Assembly: GCA_041753395.1 (NCBI GenBank)
Contig: JBGSUQ010000030.1
Coordinates: 10,133-74,132, forward strand
Origin: Spirochaetota bacterium
GTDB lineage: Bacteria; Spirochaetota; UBA4802; UBA5550
Direction of reading: 5' to 3'
DNA: 64,000 bases
How positions within the stretch are numbered: the first letter of the stretch is position 1; each line of letters starts with the position of its first letter. The position numbers were made by a program, and so were the translations under genes. Under the pieces are notes generated by a model. It worked only from the letters and a program-made list of their open reading frames with translations, did not search any database and was not told where the DNA came from. This document shows, piece by piece, positions 44,114-53,592 of the stretch.

Positions 44114-47023
44114 ATGAAACTGTTTATCCGGCCTGTCCACGCAATAACCGCTGTGATTTTTTTTCTGATACTGATGGGCGAGGCCGCCATTCCTGTCCGC
44201 AACGCCCACGGCCGCGCCGGCCGCGGCGAGAGCTACCGCTCATCGGGATCAAGCTCGAGCTCAAGGTCATCATACCGCTCAAGTTCCAGTTCCGGCTCAT
44301 CATACCGTTCATCATCAAGCTACAGGAGCTCATCGTCATCATCATCGAGCTCTTCATCCACATCCTCAACATCGGGCTCATCCACCTACAGGTCGTCAAC
44401 ACCGTCGCCGAAGATGGTCAAGGACTACGATAATAACTACACCTTTAACGCCTGGTCCACACTCCTCACCGTTAACCGCGATAGCTCGGTAGACGTGGCC
44501 GAGACCTATGATGTGACCCTGACGGAATACCAGTACGGCATTCTCCGGCCCCTGGACCCGATATTTCAGTACGAAAGCAAACAGTATAACACACTGATGG
44601 TAACCGATCTGAAGTGCCCCCAGGGATACGCGGAATACAAGGATGGTATCATCCAATTCGGATATAAAGACAAAAAGATTACGGGGAAGCAAAACTTTAC
44701 GCTGAATTACCACGTCACCGGCATGGTAGTCCCGTCCGGGAAAGGTGCCCGTCTCCAGTGGCGGCCCCTGCTGAATTGGTCAATAAAGGGAGCCTCAGTC
44801 AGGATTATCCTCCCCGACGGGGCTACACCGCTGCGGACAAAACTGGTTGAAATAATGTCGAAATCCTCATCACTGTATCGTCGCTTGGAAATGCCCGGAG
44901 AGGAAAAGGAGTTGCCCTGCAGCGTTATTGGAAACGTAATAACCTTTCCTTATACCTATACATATGACTATACATGGGAACATTTTCTGGATCTCACCGT
45001 TGACCTGCCCGCGGGCGTGATCGATACCGCCGCGGCAGTGGCGGGACTTGAAAAGGCCCTGAAAGACAAACAATATCCCTCGGTGCGGGAATACCGGGAC
45101 GATATTACCATTAACGAGGACCGGACCGTTGACAGAAAGGAGTCCTATTCAATAGCGCCGGAGAGCAGGACTGACAGCACCATCATGAGGCGCCGGGAAA
45201 GGTTCTATACCGTATTGACCCGGGAAGCAAAACCAGGCTCCGATCCATGGCTCCTGGTGATGGGGGACCAGTATTTCTACGGCTTCGACAAGAGATCGTG
45301 CAGCGGCGACGACTACACGCGGGACTCGGTGTGTGTCCCGATGGAAAAGGGCGGCACAACCCGCTTCAGCTATTCCATGGTCGGGAATTACAATCTGAAA
45401 GATCCGTTCTTCTTCGAGCTGCGCATCCCCTCGGCGCACGTTAAAAGAAGTGACCACGTCAGTTTCGAGATTACCCTTCCCCCCATCGTGAAAAAGGAGC
45501 AGGTGCAGGTAAAGCTCTATCTCATCAGCGGTTTTTTTAACGGCAACAACGCCTACGGTGTATGGCGGGATTACAGCGACAAAACAAAAAATGAATTGCT
45601 TCTGCATGAAGCGGATTTCACGAGCAGGTGGAAAGGGAACAAGCTGATCTGCGAATATCCGGCGGGACTCATCGACGAACAGTTCCTGCTGGCGCGGGTG
45701 TTCCTTCCCCCGGCGGGATTCAGGGACGTAGGGGGCTTCAAGAACACGCGGATCACGCTTTCGAACACCTGGCATTTTAAAAAGAAGAAATTCCTGATAG
45801 TGTCCTTCATTATCGCATGCATCCTTGCCGCCTTCATCGTGCCCGTTGTCAGAAAGAGAACAAAGGGGGCTGATACGCCCGCTACATTAAAACCGCCCAC
45901 GCCCTCATCATCCGAGAAGTTCATCGCAGGGGTGCGGGCCGAAGACCCGGCCTTCTCGCCCGAGGCTTTCCTTGAGCGGTGCGGCACGATTGCGGGGAAA
46001 ATCCAGGAGGCCTGGTCCAACGGTAACATGGCCCCGGTCCGGAACCTCGTGTCCCAGGGCGTGTACAACCGGTTCCACATCCAGCTGAAGCTCATGAGGG
46101 AACAGGAAAAAGTCGAGAACCTGATGGACGGGTTCAGGATTGACAGCCTCATCCTGGACGGATCCTCGATGTCGCAGTCATACCAGACGCTCCACGTGTT
46201 CCTGACCGCCTACGCCCGGGACATCACGGTCCCGATATCCATGCCGGAGGACGAGAAAAGGCGCACCCTGAAAAAAGCGATGGATATAAGTTTCACGGAA
46301 GTCTACTCCTTCACGAGGAAGCGCGGCGCGAGGACTGACGCGGCAAAGAACCTCCTCGCCGGCCAGTGCCCCAACTGCGGCAACATCGCTGACGCGGCGG
46401 GGGAATCCAATAAATGCAAAACCTGCGGCAGCATCTACAACTCCGGCGAATACGACTGGGTCCTCTCGGAGATAACCCAGGCTGAAGAGTGGAAGGCCGG
46501 GTCCGCGGCGGATTTTTCCGGGCTTGCGGAGCTCGAGACAAAAAACCTCTCGGTCAACCGCCAGGTCATCGAGGACCGCGCCTCATACCTCTTCTGGCGG
46601 TGGATAGCCTGCCAGGCGATGGGGAGCGCCGTGCCCCTGGCCCGGGACGCCACAGAGAAGTTCATCGATAAAATCAAGTCCGATGACATGAGCGCGATGG
46701 ACTTTCTGCAGACTGCCGTCGGTTCGGTCGACCTGCTGAAAATAACGGACGATGACAGGGAATTCCGCGCCGTCGTGCTGGTGCTCTGGAGCGCGGCCAA
46801 CAGCCCGGAAAGTGAGCCCCGGCACCACGAGCATGAATTAAAGCTTGTCCTGCCCCGGCAGACAAAGAACCCTTACGGCTTCGCGGACCATGGCTGCGAC
46901 ACCTGCGGCGCACCCCTCCCCGAGAGCGACGCTGCAAAATGCTCCTACTGCGGAAGCGCTCTCCAGAAGACGAACAGCGACTGGCTCCTCGACGGGGCCG
47001 TGACGCACAGGGCGGGCTCGTGA
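44114..47023 (+). CDS. bitopic envelope protein: anchor + YRSS/poly-Ser tract + DUF2207-like domain + TM + cytoplasmic Tim44-like domain + two zinc ribbons
   Basis: 969 aa from the ATG behind GGAGGA (the ORF track starts at TTG 44075). Second TM FLIVSFIIACILAAFIVPVV, Tim44-like FSPEAFLERCGTIAGKIQEAW..., CPNC-x12-CKTC and CDTC-x11-CSYC. Confidence 0.8.
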   Translation: MKLFIRPVHAITAVIFFLILMGEAAIPVRNAHGRAGRGESYRSSGSSSSSRSSYRSSSSSGSSYRSSSSYRSSSSSSSSSSSTSSTSGSSTYRSSTPSPKMVKDYDNNYTFNAWSTLLTVNRDSSVDVAETYDVTLTEYQYGILRPLDPIFQYESKQYNTLMVTDLKCPQGYAEYKDGIIQFGYKDKKITGKQNFTLNYHVTGMVVPSGKGARLQWRPLLNWSIKGASVRIILPDGATPLRTKLVEIMSKSSSLYRRLEMPGEEKELPCSVIGNVITFPYTYTYDYTWEHFLDLTVDLPAGVIDTAAAVAGLEKALKDKQYPSVREYRDDITINEDRTVDRKESYSIAPESRTDSTIMRRRERFYTVLTREAKPGSDPWLLVMGDQYFYGFDKRSCSGDDYTRDSVCVPMEKGGTTRFSYSMVGNYNLKDPFFFELRIPSAHVKRSDHVSFEITLPPIVKKEQVQVKLYLISGFFNGNNAYGVWRDYSDKTKNELLLHEADFTSRWKGNKLICEYPAGLIDEQFLLARVFLPPAGFRDVGGFKNTRITLSNTWHFKKKKFLIVSFIIACILAAFIVPVVRKRTKGADTPATLKPPTPSSSEKFIAGVRAEDPAFSPEAFLERCGTIAGKIQEAWSNGNMAPVRNLVSQGVYNRFHIQLKLMREQEKVENLMDGFRIDSLILDGSSMSQSYQTLHVFLTAYARDITVPISMPEDEKRRTLKKAMDISFTEVYSFTRKRGARTDAAKNLLAGQCPNCGNIADAAGESNKCKTCGSIYNSGEYDWVLSEITQAEEWKAGSAADFSGLAELETKNLSVNRQVIEDRASYLFWRWIACQAMGSAVPLARDATEKFIDKIKSDDMSAMDFLQTAVGSVDLLKITDDDREFRAVVLVLWSAANSPESEPRHHEHELKLVLPRQTKNPYGFADHGCDTCGAPLPESDAAKCSYCGSALQKTNSDWLLDGAVTHRAGS

Positions 47024-47108
47024 GGCTGCTGAAGACAGAAGATACCGAAAGCGGTACGCCATGGCGATTACCGCTAATGTGTATATAATTCTACCGGAGG
47101 CATGATAC

Positions 47109-48764
47109 ATGAAGCAGATTACCCGTTCCATCCGCGTCCTTACTGTCGCGATATTCTTCCTGATACTGTTGGGCGACGCCGCCATACCGGTCCGTGACGC
47201 CCTGGGCCGCGCCGGCCGCGGCGACAGTTACCGTTCGTCCAGCTCAAGCTCCAGTTCGAGCTCAAGCTCCGGTTCATCACGGGATTATTATGACAGGTCC
47301 GGCCGCCTGACCCCATCGTATAGATCCACAGCCCCCAGCGGTCCCGGGTCATCGGCGCCGCTGGTACAGTACCGCAAAGAGTACGACATCAATTACGACA
47401 TCAACTCTTACTCCGCCGTCTTAAAAGTGAACTCCAACGGCACCGTCAACGTCACCGAGACCTTTGACGTGACCATCAACAAGGAACAGCAGGGCATCGC
47501 CCGGCCGATGCACAAAAGATACCTGTACAATGACCTGGCCATATCGGACGTCGCCTGTACTCAGGGATACGCGGCGTATTCACGCGATACCTTAAGCGGG
47601 TACAGTTATTTTGAGTTCGGATACAAGGATAAAAAGGTAACAGGGCGCCACATCTTCACACTGAACTACACAGCGAGCGGCATGGTGCTCCCCCGCGGTT
47701 CCGGGTCCCGGCTGTTATGGAGGTCCTGCATCGGCAAAGAAGCAAAGATAGATAGCGTGAAAGTAAACATCCCCGCCGGAACAGCGCCGGTCAACGCGAT
47801 GGCAAACCTCATCCCCCTCAGGGGAGGTACCGCCCAGGGCGCCGGTGATCTTCAATGCGTCATCGCAGGGAACCAGGTAACGGTACCCGTCAACCGGAAG
47901 GAGGAGGCCATACTGGACATCACGGTGCATCTGCCCCAGGGCGCCGTTGATGCAGATGCCATGCGGGCCGGATTGAAGAAGCTCCTGGCGGATAACCAGA
48001 GGGATGCCGCCCTCAGGGAATTCCGGACCGCCATGATGATCAAAGACAACCTGTCCGTCGACATCGAAGACTCCTATGAATGCACTTCCGACAGTCCCCG
48101 CATCCTGATGAAAATGTGGTACCTGGACTATCTGCTGTTGTACACGGCGGACAATAAAAACCCCGGCAAGGCTCCGGGCTGGGTGCAAAACAAGCTGTAC
48201 CTGTACGGCTTTGACAAGAAATCGTGCGACATGGACAATTACACCTTTGACGGGGTGTGCATCCCGGCGCCGGAAACCGGCCAGAATAAAACAAGCCTCC
48301 GCTATACAATGCACGGCAATTTCAACCCCGGAGAGCCCTTCTTCCTTGAATTCAAGCTGCCTCCCACAACGGTCAGGGAGGCCGGCCGCGTCCACTTCGA
48401 GATCGCCTTTCCGCCCTTTGTGAAAAAGGACAAAGTCCTTCCGAGGCTTTATCTCTATACCGGTGGTTTTGACAGCGAGGCCATGCTGGGCGAAGTTGAT
48501 TTCGAAAACCGCTGGAACGGGAACAGGCTTATTGGCGATTTCAATGACGGGCTCTACGACGGGCAGTTTCTGAAGTTGCGGATAATGCTTCCCCGGGAAG
48601 GATTTACATCATCGGGGCCCGGTCTGATGGCGCAGCTGTCCCGTCACTGGTACTTCAACCGGTGGATATTCATCGGTGTGATTGCTGCACTGCTCCTGCT
48701 GGCAGGCGGCGGAGCCGGGCTCTTCCGGTTTATGAAAAAGAAAAAGGTTCAGGCGGGCGCCTGA
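47109..48764 (+). CDS. paralog of the preceding gene: anchor + poly-Ser tract + DUF2207-like domain + C-terminal TM
   Basis: 551 aa, GGAGG RBS. Collinear similarity to residues 1 to about 590 of the upstream protein. Ends with the TM WIFIGVIAALLLLAGGGAGLF plus a basic tail. Confidence 0.8.
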   Translation: MKQITRSIRVLTVAIFFLILLGDAAIPVRDALGRAGRGDSYRSSSSSSSSSSSSGSSRDYYDRSGRLTPSYRSTAPSGPGSSAPLVQYRKEYDINYDINSYSAVLKVNSNGTVNVTETFDVTINKEQQGIARPMHKRYLYNDLAISDVACTQGYAAYSRDTLSGYSYFEFGYKDKKVTGRHIFTLNYTASGMVLPRGSGSRLLWRSCIGKEAKIDSVKVNIPAGTAPVNAMANLIPLRGGTAQGAGDLQCVIAGNQVTVPVNRKEEAILDITVHLPQGAVDADAMRAGLKKLLADNQRDAALREFRTAMMIKDNLSVDIEDSYECTSDSPRILMKMWYLDYLLLYTADNKNPGKAPGWVQNKLYLYGFDKKSCDMDNYTFDGVCIPAPETGQNKTSLRYTMHGNFNPGEPFFLEFKLPPTTVREAGRVHFEIAFPPFVKKDKVLPRLYLYTGGFDSEAMLGEVDFENRWNGNRLIGDFNDGLYDGQFLKLRIMLPREGFTSSGPGLMAQLSRHWYFNRWIFIGVIAALLLLAGGGAGLFRFMKKKKVQAGA

Positions 48765-48955
48765 TGGACGGAACCATTCGATCAGGCATAAAGCCCGGCA
48801 TGAAGGTCGCTATCGTTCTGAAGAATGACCAGCGGACGGGCAGGCTCACCGAGGGGATCGTAAAGGATATCCTCACCAATTCGACAACACACCCCCACGG
48901 CATAAAGGTACGCCTTGAGAGCGGCGCCGTGGGCCGGGTAAAGAAGATACTTTAA
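48764..48955 (+). CDS. YwbE-family small protein (DUF2196)
   Basis: 63 aa. IVLKNDQRTGRLTEGIVKDILTNSTTHPHGIKVRLESGAVGRV matches the YwbE family as I remember it. The ATG overlaps the upstream stop (TGATG). Confidence 0.8.
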   Translation: MDGTIRSGIKPGMKVAIVLKNDQRTGRLTEGIVKDILTNSTTHPHGIKVRLESGAVGRVKKIL

Positions 48956-49094
48956 ACTCCATGAAAACCAGAAGAGGATGTCCTCAATGTTATTGCAAGA
49001 AGCCCTCTATCTTTTAAGGGCGACAAAGCTATCTTTATAGACCCCCCTGTCCGCCTGCTACCCATTACCCACATCGTAATGAGTCAGCAATTCA

Positions 49095-49215
49095 ACCCCC
49101 TAAATCCCCCGGAGGGGGACTTAAGGATACTAAGCCAGGTATCTTTGAGCCCCCCTCCGGGGAGTCTGGGGGGCATAATACTACAAGATCGCTTCGCTAC
49201 GCTCGCGATGACAGA
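49095..49215. repeat. GC-rich palindromic intergenic repeat units (second type)
   Basis: CCCCCTAAATCCCCCGGAGGGGGACTT, CCCCCCTCCGGGGAG..GGGGGG and ATCGCTTCGCTACGCTCGCGATGAC hairpin-forming blocks. The 105-aa track ORF here is a translation of these repeats. Confidence 0.6.
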
Positions 49216-49272
49216 TGTAATGCATGACGTATGGAACAGCCCCTTCAGATTTATTTCCTTGAATAAATTTAT

Positions 49273-49833
49273 CTACTTTCCCAGCATCCCGTTCTTGAGC
49301 TCAGCCTGTATCGGGTTGCCGCCGATCCAGATACCGAAGAGGACTTTCTTGAATGGCAGGCCTTCGACCGATGACCTTGGAAGGCCGTTTTTATAGACCT
49401 GTACGCCCTTGCCGGGCTGATACACGATATCGTAAAAATCGCCGATCTTGATGCCGTCCTTGAAGGTGTTAATGAACTTGTCTATGCCGGCCTGGTAGGG
49501 CGCCATGTTCCCACTGGTCGATTTCCTGAATCCGTCCCGGGTGTTCTCAGCCATGCGCTCCGGCGTCACCATGCCGGAAACAATATGGAGCCGCAGGGAC
49601 ATCGGCTCGTCCGCGCTGACGATCCTGACGGCGTTCGTGTCCTTCGCTTTAAGGTAGAGAGCGCCGATATAGATATCCATCATGAACTTGGTCCTCATGC
49701 CGGTCCCGTTCAGCACGAGCGCCGTCCCGCCCGCTTTGAAGCTGTCGGGGATAGTGACTCCCTTCACCGTTTTCGCTTCAGCGACGCAGATGGCCGCCAC
49801 TGCTATTATTAATACCGCAAACAATCTCTTCAT
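49273..49833 (-). CDS. secreted chalcone-isomerase-fold protein (fatty-acid-binding FAP/Chalcone_3-like)
   Basis: Start at MKRLFAVLIIAVAAICVAEA (signal peptide). LNGTGMRTKFMMDIYIGALYL and FKKVLFGIWIGGNPIQAELKNGMLG are typical of the family. Confidence 0.75.
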   Translation of the reverse strand: MKRLFAVLIIAVAAICVAEAKTVKGVTIPDSFKAGGTALVLNGTGMRTKFMMDIYIGALYLKAKDTNAVRIVSADEPMSLRLHIVSGMVTPERMAENTRDGFRKSTSGNMAPYQAGIDKFINTFKDGIKIGDFYDIVYQPGKGVQVYKNGLPRSSVEGLPFKKVLFGIWIGGNPIQAELKNGMLGK

Positions 49834-50046
49834 GTACATTGACCTCTCGATGATTTTTTGTGTTGATGGATTATTAATAAGGTCAGCCACGGAGGCACGG
49901 AGATTTAGGTACAATTTTTCTCTGTGTCTCAGTGCCTCTGTGGCAAATCTTTTCTTTAAAAGACCCGGTTATCGCATCCACGGATCCTAAAATAACGACG
50001 CGAGGGATGCCCCCGCGCCGTCATGGTCATGCATGTGTGTATCGGT

Positions 50047-51225
50047 CTATTTTACTTTCTCAACAAGAAGCGCAGCAGCGTTGCCGAAAGCGCCACACAG
50101 AGACGCGAGGCCGTACTTCTCGTTCGGGAAGTCAGTCTTCAGAACATTAAGCAGCGTGACGATAATGCGCGCGCCGGACTGTCCCAGCGGGTGGCCGAGG
50201 GCCAGCGCGCCGCCCCATACGTTGACCTTCTTGAAGGGCGCATTCTCGTTATCAAGCTTCAGCTCGCGGATGCAGGCCAGGGCCTGGCTCGCGAAGGCCT
50301 CATTCAGCTCAACGGCGCCGATATCGGCGGCGGAGAGACCGCTCTTCTTGAACAGCTTCTGGACCGCCGGTACGGGGCCGATGCCCATGATCGTCGGGTC
50401 GCAGCCGGCGAGAACGGCATGACTGAACTTATAGTGATACTCGAGTCCAAGCTGGTCAGCTTTCTTCCGGCTCATGAGCAGGAGGGCCGCTGCTCCCTGG
50501 GTGAGGGGCGACGATGTCGCGGCAGTCACCACGCCGTTCGGCCTAAAAGAAGACGTCATTGCCTTCATCTTTTCCGGCTCTGACTTTGACCGGACCCACT
50601 GGTCCTTATCCACCAGCATCTCGGCGCCATTGTCATCAACGCCCTTGACCGGGATTATCTCGTTTTTAAACTTGCCGGCCTGCTGGGCCTCATAAGCTTT
50701 TTTATTCGACCATATCGCCATGTTTTCCATATCTTCCCGGGCGATCTTGTACACTTCGGCAACTTTCTCGGCCGTGGGGCCCATGGGGAGGTCCGCGCCG
50801 TTCCAGTACTTGAGGATCCTCGGCGGGAAATTTATGTTCGCGCCCATGGGGATCTTCTCCATGTCTTCAACCCCGGCGGCAAGCATAATGTCGGCATCGC
50901 CTGTCATGATAGCGCGCGCCGCGTGCATGGTGGCTGACATGCCGGAGGGACATTGGTTCGTTATCGTGTTAGTCCCCACTGTCACCGGCAACCCGGAGGC
51001 AAGCCATCCAAGCCGTCCGATATCGTTCTGCATGCCGGATATGTTCGCACATCCAACCAATACTCCGTCAAGATCCTCGGGGTTGACTTTCTTGTTTCTT
51101 TCAAAAATGCCCTGATATACATAGGTCAGCAGTTCATCGGGCCTGAGATTCCTGAACCAGCCCTTGTCCTTGTGCGCCCGTCCGTTCGGGGTACGCACAC
51201 CGTCGATAAATACAGCTTCTTCCAT
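50047..51225 (-). CDS. thiolase (acetyl-CoA C-acyltransferase)
   Basis: 392 aa in thiolase-fold order: nucleophile region NQCPSGM, C-terminal GHPLGQSGARI and LCGAFG. Confidence 0.88.
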   Translation of the reverse strand: MEEAVFIDGVRTPNGRAHKDKGWFRNLRPDELLTYVYQGIFERNKKVNPEDLDGVLVGCANISGMQNDIGRLGWLASGLPVTVGTNTITNQCPSGMSATMHAARAIMTGDADIMLAAGVEDMEKIPMGANINFPPRILKYWNGADLPMGPTAEKVAEVYKIAREDMENMAIWSNKKAYEAQQAGKFKNEIIPVKGVDDNGAEMLVDKDQWVRSKSEPEKMKAMTSSFRPNGVVTAATSSPLTQGAAALLLMSRKKADQLGLEYHYKFSHAVLAGCDPTIMGIGPVPAVQKLFKKSGLSAADIGAVELNEAFASQALACIRELKLDNENAPFKKVNVWGGALALGHPLGQSGARIIVTLLNVLKTDFPNEKYGLASLCGAFGNAAALLVEKVK

Positions 51226-51296
51226 AATACATTCTCCTGTGACTGTTTGTGTTTATATACTAATAAATAAACCGGTATGGTACATTTAATTTGTGT

Positions 51297-51324
51297 CTTT
51301 CCCCCGCCGAAGGCGGGGGAAAGA
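51297..51324 (-). terminator. hairpin between the acyl-CoA ligase and thiolase genes
   Basis: tctttcccccgcc-gaa-ggcgggggaaaga: 13-bp stem, no clear U-tract. Confidence 0.4.
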
Positions 51325-51471
51325 CGGTATTATATGTTAAAACCATTTTATTTAAAGTATAATAATCCCCCCGTTCAGTATATGGAACGAGAAGGATTTT
51401 TTTATCGATCATTACAATCGAAATAAGTGCCTTGCCGCAGGGCAAGCGGCGCGCCTCCTCGGCGTCGCCCT

Positions 51472-53406
51472 CTATGCCCTGGCTTTTTCCTTCTTCCCTT
51501 CCTTGTTTTTTACGCCCTTCCCGGCGCTCACCGGCAATGAACTCAGGTCCTTTGCCGCCATCTCGCGAAGCAGCTTCTTGTTGACCTTGTGGACTTCCGT
51601 CAGCGGCATGCTGTCGATGATCATGACAACCCGGGGCACCGCGTATTTCGCCACCTTCTCTTTTAGGTAGTCGATTATTTCCTGCTCGGTAATATCATTC
51701 CGGTATTTCTCCCTCGGCTGAATATAAACCCCGACCCGCTCGCTCCCCTCCCGCTCGGGATCGGGGATGCCGACGGTCGCCGCCATCTCGACCTTGGGGT
51801 GGTGGTACAGGATGTCATCCACCTCGCGTGAATATACCTTGTACCCGGACACGATGATCATGTCTTTTGTGCGGTCGACGATGTAGAAAAAACCGTTCTC
51901 GTCGATCCTGACCACATCGCTGGTATGGATATATCCATCCTCATCGATGCCGCTGCCGCGGTCCGGCCAGTAGCCCATCATACGGTTCGGCCCCCGCAGG
52001 AGCATCTCCCCTCTTTCACCCTTGAGCATATCATCAATGGTCACTTCTTTCCCGGTTTCGACCGAAAGGAACTTCACCTCCACATCAGGGTACGGGATGC
52101 CGATAGTACCGCGCTTTTCAGCGGCCCTGCCGGTCGCCTTTTTATTGGCGGCCGGTTTTTTGCTGGTCATCTTTGCCATGAAGGCAAAGGCCCTGGTTAC
52201 CAAATAACCTACATTGCGGGTGCCGACAAGGCGGAGCAGCAGGTTTATAAACATCAGACCACCCGGTATACTTAAGGCAATCGTATTGATCTTCATACTA
52301 GTCCGGCCTCCAAAGAGACGCACCAGGAATGAAGTGTTGAGATGGGTCGTCGGGGACATTTCGGACAGGCCGTATCCCTCCAGGATACCGCCCCCCGCCT
52401 TGCTTTCGAATTTATCCTGCACATTGGTGGGCAGCGCCGCTGAACCGGACACGCCCAGCATGGCGTATCCATCGAGTTCCTCGGACAGCTTCATGAACTG
52501 TGTCGGCACACCGAACTGCATGAGAGGGCAATGCTCCTTGATCATCTGGATCATGCCGGCGGTGTCCCTCGGGTCCGGCACCAGTATCTGGTTGAAACCC
52601 AGAAGGGTCATGTTGTGCATGACAGAGTGCCCGTAGGTGTGAAAGAAGGGAAGGCCCATGAGTACCGTTATGGCCCCCTTGAGGAGTATGGCCTGCAATC
52701 CGAAGGCGTACATGCCCTGCATGCTGTTGGCGTAGATGTTCCGGTGGGTCAGCATGCATCCCTTGGCCAGGCCCGTCGTCCCCCCGGTAAACATGAGGGT
52801 CTCGATATCATTTTCAACATCAAAGGTTATATCAGGCGGCGCCGGCGGCGTTTTATCGATAAGATCGTTCATCCACAATGCGTCGGCGGGTATATTGTTT
52901 CCTCTGGCCGGTGAGACTGCAGCCGGTTTATTTGAGAAATCGTTGAGATCGCAGAGGATCAGGAACTCTATCTTGCATTTTTTCATTACCTGCGCGGCCA
53001 CATCAGCATGCTCGCTCAAGGTGACCAGGGCCCTCGGTTTCCCGTCGTTGAATTTATGTTCCAGAGAGGAAACAGAATCAAGGGAACTGCTGGGGATATG
53101 TATCAGGCCTGCCCGTGATATGGCGTAATCGGTCAGCACAAACTGTATCGATGTAGGTAAAATGGCGGCGACTCGGTCCCCTTTTTTAAGGCCCAGATTG
53201 CAGAAGGCCGTTGCCAGCCGGTCGACTTTATCCTTCAGCTGCGGGTACGTGATTTTATGATTAAATTGAATGAGTCCGTTTTTCTTGTATTTTTTTGCGG
53301 TGGTATAAAGGAGTTCATACACCGGCTTATCAGGGTAGGGTTGTAATGAAACCGGTATTCCCGTTACCGTGTACTCCTTGTGCCAGGGCAGTGATTTTTT
53401 TTTCAT
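51472..53406 (-). CDS. AMP-forming acyl-CoA ligase with internal hydrophobic/basic insertion and Lys-rich tail
   Basis: MFTGGTTGLAKGCM and EGYGLSE, then about 65-75 extra residues before GTIGIPYPDVEVK. Tail GKGVKNKEGKKEKARA. Confidence 0.85.
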   Translation of the reverse strand: MKKKSLPWHKEYTVTGIPVSLQPYPDKPVYELLYTTAKKYKKNGLIQFNHKITYPQLKDKVDRLATAFCNLGLKKGDRVAAILPTSIQFVLTDYAISRAGLIHIPSSSLDSVSSLEHKFNDGKPRALVTLSEHADVAAQVMKKCKIEFLILCDLNDFSNKPAAVSPARGNNIPADALWMNDLIDKTPPAPPDITFDVENDIETLMFTGGTTGLAKGCMLTHRNIYANSMQGMYAFGLQAILLKGAITVLMGLPFFHTYGHSVMHNMTLLGFNQILVPDPRDTAGMIQMIKEHCPLMQFGVPTQFMKLSEELDGYAMLGVSGSAALPTNVQDKFESKAGGGILEGYGLSEMSPTTHLNTSFLVRLFGGRTSMKINTIALSIPGGLMFINLLLRLVGTRNVGYLVTRAFAFMAKMTSKKPAANKKATGRAAEKRGTIGIPYPDVEVKFLSVETGKEVTIDDMLKGERGEMLLRGPNRMMGYWPDRGSGIDEDGYIHTSDVVRIDENGFFYIVDRTKDMIIVSGYKVYSREVDDILYHHPKVEMAATVGIPDPEREGSERVGVYIQPREKYRNDITEQEIIDYLKEKVAKYAVPRVVMIIDSMPLTEVHKVNKKLLREMAAKDLSSLPVSAGKGVKNKEGKKEKARA

Positions 53407-53592
53407 TATGCAACCCTCCGATCCTTGAAAAATAGAAAATTATCAAGGAGACCATTTGCACTTTCAACAATTCCGTCCATCCGGTATTATTAAAAGTGCT
53501 CCTGATCCCCCCGACAACTATCCGACTTAAACAGTGTAGCTGGAAATGGTCAGTGCCCGGCCACGCGTCCCAGTGACGCACCGGTTCCGGTT

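Noticed and set aside
44231-44410. Poly-Ser tract as a simple-sequence repeat, slippage hotspot or assembly artefact
   Set aside because: Ser codons are heterogeneous (AGC, TCA, TCG, TCC, AGT) and interspersed with Tyr-Arg. A comparable tract is present in the paralog. This is a protein-level feature, not a nucleotide microsatellite.
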